Below, one piece after another: positions 46,302 through 51,200 of a stretch of 51,200 nt of DNA. The stretch spans positions 1-51,200 of the IMG/VR virus record IMGVR_UViG_3300032278_004255; one strand, 5' to 3'. Below the pieces are notes generated by a model that did not search any database, was not told where the DNA came from, and saw only the letters and a program-made list of their open reading frames with translations. Each line of letters begins with the position of its first letter. The stretch's first letter is position 1. The position numbers and the translations under genes were made by a program. Origin of the DNA: a virus (lineage: Duplodnaviria; Caudoviricetes).

Positions 46302-47066
46302 ATGTTCTTTCGCATCCTACAACACCTCCTGCCGGACGGCGCGGCGTGGCGCACCACGGTGCAGAAGCGGCTCCGGACCCTGCTCGAGGCGCTCGCCGAG
46401 GAGCCGGCGGCGGTGCGCGTGTTCGTCGACAAGGTCTATCGGGACCTCTTCCCGGAGAGCACGCGGGAGCTCGCGGCCTGGGAGCGCTTCTTCGTCCTCC
46501 CGGGCAACGGAGACGACACGACCCGCCGCCAGCGCCTGGCCGCTGCGTGGCAGGAAACCGGGGGGCAGGCGCCGCGGTACCTGCAGGACATCGTCCAGGC
46601 CGCTGGCTTCGACCTCTACGTGCACGAGTGGTGGTCATCGGGGCCGCCGTGGGTGGCTCGAGACCCCCGCGCCCACACCCAGGTGCCGCTGATCGGGACG
46701 GTCCAATGCGGCGAGCCGGACGCCCTGTGCGGAGAGGTCAGCGCGCAGTGCAACGCGTTCCTCGCGAACGAGCCCGGCTACCTCGTCAACATCGACCTGA
46801 CCCCGACCGCCCCTCCGCGGGTCCCAGACGACCCGGCCGCCTGGCCCTACTTCGTCTACTTCGGCGGCGCGTCCTTCGGCGACCGGGTGTCCATCACGGT
46901 CGCCCGCCGTCGCGAGCTCGAGGACCTGCTCCTGAAGCTCTGCCCGGCCCAGCACTGGATCGTCCTGATGGTCGACTGGGTGGGCGAGGCGACCACGCGC
47001 GTGACCCTCGCGGGCGACACCCGCACGACCTTGAGCGGAGACACCCGCTTCACCCTCGGACTCTGA
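46302..47066 (+). CDS. Mu gp48/DUF2313-like baseplate protein
   Basis: LQHLLPDGAAW, LAAWERFF, GGQAPRYLQDIVQAAGF, LLKLCPAQ. Confidence 0.8.
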   Translation: MFFRILQHLLPDGAAWRTTVQKRLRTLLEALAEEPAAVRVFVDKVYRDLFPESTRELAAWERFFVLPGNGDDTTRRQRLAAAWQETGGQAPRYLQDIVQAAGFDLYVHEWWSSGPPWVARDPRAHTQVPLIGTVQCGEPDALCGEVSAQCNAFLANEPGYLVNIDLTPTAPPRVPDDPAAWPYFVYFGGASFGDRVSITVARRRELEDLLLKLCPAQHWIVLMVDWVGEATTRVTLAGDTRTTLSGDTRFTLGL

Positions 47067-47073
47067 GGACTCG

Positions 47074-48039
47074 ATGCCGACAACGATCAAGGATCTGCCC
47101 ACCGAGCTGCTCGCGGAGGACATGGACGCGCCCGCGGACTGGCTGGAGGTCGAGGACGTCGACGCGAACGAGACGAAGAAGGTCCACCCGGACGAGCTCG
47201 TCAAGGGCGGCGGCGGACTGCACGACGACGACTTCGCAGGCACCTACGGAGGTGCCCTTGTCCGGATCGGCCCCGGCGCCTACCGCGCCATCCGCCACAA
47301 CCTCTCTGCGATCGCGTCGCCGGCCGCCGGAGACGACGACGCGGACGGCTACGCGGTCGGCTCTCTCTGGGTGAACGTCTCCGCGGACCGAGCGTGGATC
47401 TGCGTCGACGCGTCAACCGGGGCGGCCGTGTGGGCGGAGGCATCGGTCCCCGACCTGCAGGCGGTGCTCGACGCGGGCAGCACGGCGACCGGGAGCATCA
47501 GCCTCGACGGGTCGATCACCCTCGGCGCCGACGCGCTCGGCTTCAAGAGCCTGATCCTCTGGGAATCGGCCACGGGCTCGGAGCCGATCGGCGTGGCGGA
47601 TCGAGGCCGGCTCTACACGACCGAGGACGGCGACACCTTCGAGACCGAGCTGGTCTACCTCGACTCCGCCGGCAACGCCGTCCAGATCACGCGGGGCGGC
47701 GCGCTGAACGTGCCTCCGGTCGACACCCGGCCGACCCCGGTGGCGGACGCGACGACGGCGCGCGCGATGAGCGACGCGGACCACGACCGGATCGTCTACT
47801 TCACGGACGGCGTGGGGCCGTGCGTGGTCACGGTCCCGACCGGGCTCACGCCGGGCACCACGGCGGAGTACGCGCAGGTCTCGAGCGGGCAGGTGCAGAT
47901 CGCCGCCGGCGGCGGGATGACGCTCCTCTACGACTCGGACACCTTCAACCCGTACACCGCCGCGCTCGGCTGCAGCATCGTCGTCACGATCCTTACCAGC
48001 ACGACCGCGCTGCTCCGCGGCGACCTCGAGGCAGTCTGA
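47074..48039 (+). CDS. Tail fibre / receptor-binding-related protein
   Basis: DDDADGYAVGSLWVN...WICVDASTGAAVW fibre motif; C-terminal beta domain. Confidence 0.65.
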   Translation: MPTTIKDLPTELLAEDMDAPADWLEVEDVDANETKKVHPDELVKGGGGLHDDDFAGTYGGALVRIGPGAYRAIRHNLSAIASPAAGDDDADGYAVGSLWVNVSADRAWICVDASTGAAVWAEASVPDLQAVLDAGSTATGSISLDGSITLGADALGFKSLILWESATGSEPIGVADRGRLYTTEDGDTFETELVYLDSAGNAVQITRGGALNVPPVDTRPTPVADATTARAMSDADHDRIVYFTDGVGPCVVTVPTGLTPGTTAEYAQVSSGQVQIAAGGGMTLLYDSDTFNPYTAALGCSIVVTILTSTTALLRGDLEAV

Positions 48040-48803
48040 TGCCGGCGGCGGCCAGAGCGGGGGCGGCGGCGATCCAGGGCGCGCGGCGGACCCGCGTCTC
48101 GAGCTTCGACCCGCTCGGCGCGCAGCTCTACCTCTGGGCGCCGGAGGCGAGCAGCATCACGCTCGACGGCTCGAGCGAGGTCGACGAGTGGGCGAACCTC
48201 GGGGTAGCCGGCTCCGCGCTCGACGCCGTGCGGGTGAGCGGCGCGGTCACCTACGTGCCCGGCTCGCACCTCGTCGTCCCGACCGGCAGCGCGTTCCTCA
48301 GCCGGCTGGCGGCCTCCGCGCTCGACATCCCGGACGCGGGCGTGCTCGACGTGATCGGCGTGGTGAGCACGACGGCGGCGAACGCTCAGCGGTTCCTCGT
48401 CGGCGGCCAGAGCCAGACCCACTTCGCCTTGATCCCGCGGTGGAGCGGCCTGTCCGTCTTCCGCGTCTTCGAGGGCGCCACGACGCTGCAGGCGATCGGC
48501 GCGAGCCTCGCGAACGACGGCACGATCTACTGTCAACGCGGGCGCTTCACCGGCGCCGCCGCACCGAGCAACGACGCAGCCTTCCTCAAGACGAACGACT
48601 CCACGGGCTCGACGGCCAACGCGAACCTCGGGGCGGTGAGCTTCGGCGCCGACAAGCTCGCGCTCTTCTCGGCCAGCGCGAGCGAGTTCGTGGGGCGCTG
48701 CTACGCGATTATCGCGAAGGTCGGCGGCTTCTCGGCCGGCGAACTCGCGGAGCTCACCACGCGCATCAACGCGGCCTTCGGGACCGCACTGGCGGGCGTG
48801 TGA
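48039..48803 (+). CDS. Lectin/LamG-like virion protein
   Basis: FDPLGAQLYLW...SITLDG...VDEWAN; beta-sandwich pattern. Confidence 0.55.
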   Translation: MPAAARAGAAAIQGARRTRVSSFDPLGAQLYLWAPEASSITLDGSSEVDEWANLGVAGSALDAVRVSGAVTYVPGSHLVVPTGSAFLSRLAASALDIPDAGVLDVIGVVSTTAANAQRFLVGGQSQTHFALIPRWSGLSVFRVFEGATTLQAIGASLANDGTIYCQRGRFTGAAAPSNDAAFLKTNDSTGSTANANLGAVSFGADKLALFSASASEFVGRCYAIIAKVGGFSAGELAELTTRINAAFGTALAGV

Positions 48804-49372
48804 TGGCCGGCGTCACCGACAGCTTCGACTCCGAGGACTACGGGCGCCTGCTCGTGGCGTCGGCGAAGGCGCAGGAGGAGTGCCGGCTCGCGACCGAGCG
48901 GCTTGAGGAGCGTCTCGTCGCCCAGGGCGAGCGTGCGCAGGAGCGCGACGAGGCGCGCCAGGCGGAGATGCGCCAGCTCAGCGCGCAGATGACCGCCCTG
49001 CAGGAGGCCCAGGCCGCCGACGACGAGGCGCGGGCAATGCGAACGGCCGCCGAGAAGCGCGACGGCTTCTGGCTCCGCGCGCTCGGCGCCGTGCTGCTGA
49101 TGGTGTCCGGCGGCGCGGCGTCGCTCGCCCTCAGCCACATGAGCCGGATGGATCGGCTCGAGGTACAGGCGGCGGCGCTCCGCCAGGCGGACAGCCGCCT
49201 CGAGGCGGCTCTGGCGCGACACGAGGCCGACCCCGGTCACGAGGGGACTCGGTCGGAGGTCTCGGCGCTCCGGAGCGACGTCCGCGAGCTCGGCGCCACG
49301 GTGCGCGGCACCGCGGCCGTCGTGCGCGAGATGCAGCAGGACGTCCGCGAGCTCCGCCGGAGGGTCCGGTGA
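48803..49372 (+). CDS. Single-TM coiled-coil membrane protein (lysis-module-like)
   Basis: Coiled coil - FWLRALGAVLLMVSGGAASLAL - coiled coil. Confidence 0.6.
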   Translation: MAGVTDSFDSEDYGRLLVASAKAQEECRLATERLEERLVAQGERAQERDEARQAEMRQLSAQMTALQEAQAADDEARAMRTAAEKRDGFWLRALGAVLLMVSGGAASLALSHMSRMDRLEVQAAALRQADSRLEAALARHEADPGHEGTRSEVSALRSDVRELGATVRGTAAVVREMQQDVRELRRRVR

Positions 49373-49689
49373 GACCGCACCTCGTCCGCGCCATGGAGCG
49401 CGTCGCCTCCCACCTCCCGCGGGAGGACGAGGAGGTCATGCGCGCGTGGCGCCTGATCGCGGTCGCTCTGCGCCGCGGTGAGCGCGCGAGCTCCCAGACG
49501 CTCCCCCGGCTCGCCGGCCTGGCCCAGCACGCGGTGCTCGCGCGCGAGCTGCTCGACCAGCTCGTCCCGGCGCTGCCGCCGACCCTCTACGCGACCGCGG
49601 CAGACGCCCGGACGCACATCGTCGCGATCCTCAGCGCGCTGTCGCCGGGGACCGACTCGGAGCCGCCCGAGCGCGGCATGGAGACCTGA
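49369..49689 (+). CDS. Hypothetical protein
   Basis: GTGA-coupled, 106 aa. Confidence 0.55.
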   Translation: MRPHLVRAMERVASHLPREDEEVMRAWRLIAVALRRGERASSQTLPRLAGLAQHAVLARELLDQLVPALPPTLYATAADARTHIVAILSALSPGTDSEPPERGMET

Positions 49690-49691
49690 CC

Positions 49692-50381
49692 ATGACGAAG
49701 ATACTCGAACCGTGGCGGTGGCCGATCGCCGTCGTCCTGAGCGTCGCGCTCGCGTCGCTCGCCGCCCTTTTCCTCGTCGGCCCGCAGATGGGCGTCGATC
49801 CGGAAGTGCTCACGGACCTGAAGCGCTGGGTCTCCGGCGGCGCGGCTGCGCTCGGCGCCCTCCTCCTCCCCGCGCTGAAGGCCTGGCTCACCGCCGACTC
49901 CGACGGCGACGGCCGGCCCGACTGGATCGACCCGACTCCTCGAGGCGGCCCGCCCGACACCCTCGTCGCGCTCCTCGTCGCCGGCGCCATGGTGCTCGGC
50001 GCCGGCCTCCTGCAGGCGTGCGGGTCGAAGGCGGATCAGCATCGGACGCTGAACTGGATCACCCGCGTCGGCGACCCGAGCTACGAGCTCGTCGTCCAGG
50101 CCTGCGACGAGATGCGCGACTACGTAGTCGACCGCGACGGCCACACCGAGGAAGAGGACCGCGAGCTCATGGGCGAGATCAACGGCGTGTGTGACCGCGC
50201 CGTCGCTTCCTTCGAGGTCCTGATCCACACCCAGCACGGCGCGCGGGCCGCGATCGAGGCCGGCGTCGAAGGCGTCGCGGTCGAGGCGGTCGCCCGAGCG
50301 CTGGCCATCTGGCGCGAGCTGCAGGCGGTGGTCGACGGGATCGAGGTCCGCAACGCGCGCACGGCCGGAGGTGAGGCGTGA
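49692..50381 (+). CDS. Multi-TM protein with internal lipobox-like motif (holin/spanin-like)
   Basis: Two TMs, DSDGDGRPDWID, third hydrophobic run ending LLQAC. Confidence 0.65.
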   Translation: MTKILEPWRWPIAVVLSVALASLAALFLVGPQMGVDPEVLTDLKRWVSGGAAALGALLLPALKAWLTADSDGDGRPDWIDPTPRGGPPDTLVALLVAGAMVLGAGLLQACGSKADQHRTLNWITRVGDPSYELVVQACDEMRDYVVDRDGHTEEEDRELMGEINGVCDRAVASFEVLIHTQHGARAAIEAGVEGVAVEAVARALAIWRELQAVVDGIEVRNARTAGGEA

Positions 50382-50794
50382 GCATCAGCGAGCAGGAGAT
50401 TCAGACGGCCGAGGCCGTCGCGCGCATCGCCGGCGCCGTGGCGCCCGACCTCTTCCGGTGGATCGCCGAGCTGTTCCGGCAGGGGCACACCGAGGAGGAG
50501 GTCCTCGAGATCGTGAACATCCAGTCCCGGCGCGAGCGCTACGAGCGGGAGCGGGCCGAGGACGTGGCCGCGCTCGACGCGAAGCACGCCGGCGTCAGCG
50601 TCGTCGTCAACGGGCGGCGCGTCGAGGTCCCGGCCCGCGCGACCTACGAGCAGCTCGTGGCGGCGGCCGGCTCGGCAGGGCAGCCGACGGTCATCGTCCG
50701 AGGCGCGGGCGAGAGCAAGAGCGTCCTGCCGGGGCAGACCACCCACCTCTTCGCCGACGCGATCGTCAACGTCGCGCACACGGGCGACGCGTGA
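50378..50794 (+). CDS. Helical N-domain fused to ubiquitin-like (multi-ubiquitin-type) domain
   Basis: VSVVVNGRRVEVPARATYEQLVAAA...VLPGQTTHLFADAIVNVAHTGDA beta-grasp pattern. Confidence 0.65.
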   Translation: MSISEQEIQTAEAVARIAGAVAPDLFRWIAELFRQGHTEEEVLEIVNIQSRRERYERERAEDVAALDAKHAGVSVVVNGRRVEVPARATYEQLVAAAGSAGQPTVIVRGAGESKSVLPGQTTHLFADAIVNVAHTGDA

Positions 50795-50976
50795 ACACGC
50801 TCCGCGCGGGGCAGGGCGAGCGCGGAGCGCCTCGCCGGCGCCCGATCTGGGTCTCGGGCCCGGACGAGCCGGCGGGGCACCCCCCGCGGCCGCGTGAGCA
50901 CCTCCGCGGGCGCCTGGGCACCCTCGGAGACCTCCTGCAGCTCCGCGCCGATCAGACCCGGGAGCGGCAGACGTGA
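50791..50976 (+). CDS. Small hypothetical protein
   Basis: GTGA-coupled at both ends, 61 aa. Confidence 0.45.
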   Translation: MNTLRAGQGERGAPRRRPIWVSGPDEPAGHPPRPREHLRGRLGTLGDLLQLRADQTRERQT

Positions 50977-51200
50977 CCGCCCTCGTCACCATCCCGCGCG
51001 CCGAGTCGCTCGAGCACGCGGTGGACCAGGGGCCGCGCTGGCGTCCGGTCGCGGACCTCGGGGAGGGCCCCCACCTCTACGGCGACGGCCGGCCGATGCG
51101 CGTGGTCGTCAGCTGTCCGGCCGGGCAGCTCCTCGGCCTGCCGCACGACGTCGGCGACGACGGCCGCGTCAGCCCGTCGATCGTCTGCCGGTGCGGGTGC
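50973..51200 (+). CDS. Cys/His protein, DUF6527-like (truncated by window end)
   Basis: VVVSCPAG...HDVGDDGRVSPSIVCRCGC. Confidence 0.5.
   Translation, partial: MTALVTIPRAESLEHAVDQGPRWRPVADLGEGPHLYGDGRPMRVVVSCPAGQLLGLPHDVGDDGRVSPSIVCRCGC

Larger units (their letters stand above)
180..51200. mobile_element. Temperate prophage (lambda-like head, Mu-like contractile tail) integrated at ssrA; continues beyond window
   Basis: Integrase abutting tmRNA; immunity, replication, packaging, head and tail modules in canonical order; no second att core seen. Confidence 0.95.

Noticed and set aside
46990-47063. TRxTLxGD x3 repeat at the end of the gp48-like gene as a diversity-generating target
   Set aside because: Short degenerate peptide repeat; no reverse transcriptase or template repeat in the window

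Overview
The window is almost entirely one very GC-rich temperate prophage integrated at the 3' end of the tmRNA gene (ssrA, about 1-205). The right end (attR) is not in the window. Layout: (i) a leftward, mostly translationally coupled early operon (14735 to 1) with a receiver-domain protein, DUF968/HNH-like, DUF5131 and ASCH proteins, a second xis/tyrosine-recombinase pair, a sigma70-region-4 protein, a beta-class DNA methyltransferase, xis and the main integrase; (ii) an ImmA/IrrE peptidase - XRE repressor - Cro switch with five related operators; (iii) a rightward middle region with DUF2303, a SleB-like hydrolase, ParB/MT-A70 methyltransferase, a replication initiator with internal iterons and a DnaC-like loader; (iv) a lambda-like head module (cosQ-like site, GpA terminase, gpW, portal, ClpP-type protease, D, E) joined to a Mu-like contractile tail/baseplate, then fibre, membrane/lysis-like genes, a ubiquitin-like domain protein and a truncated Cys/His protein. 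A myxobacterial (Polyangiales-like) host is inferred from the lipoprotein style and integrase family, not proven. Most notable: the integrase C-terminus is read from antisense tmRNA across attL; a 48-bp inverted repeat brackets a 9.4-kb segment containing the second recombinase and overlaps the antirepressor protease gene; and the late operon encodes a ubiquitin-like domain. All family calls come from motif recognition by eye, not database searches.
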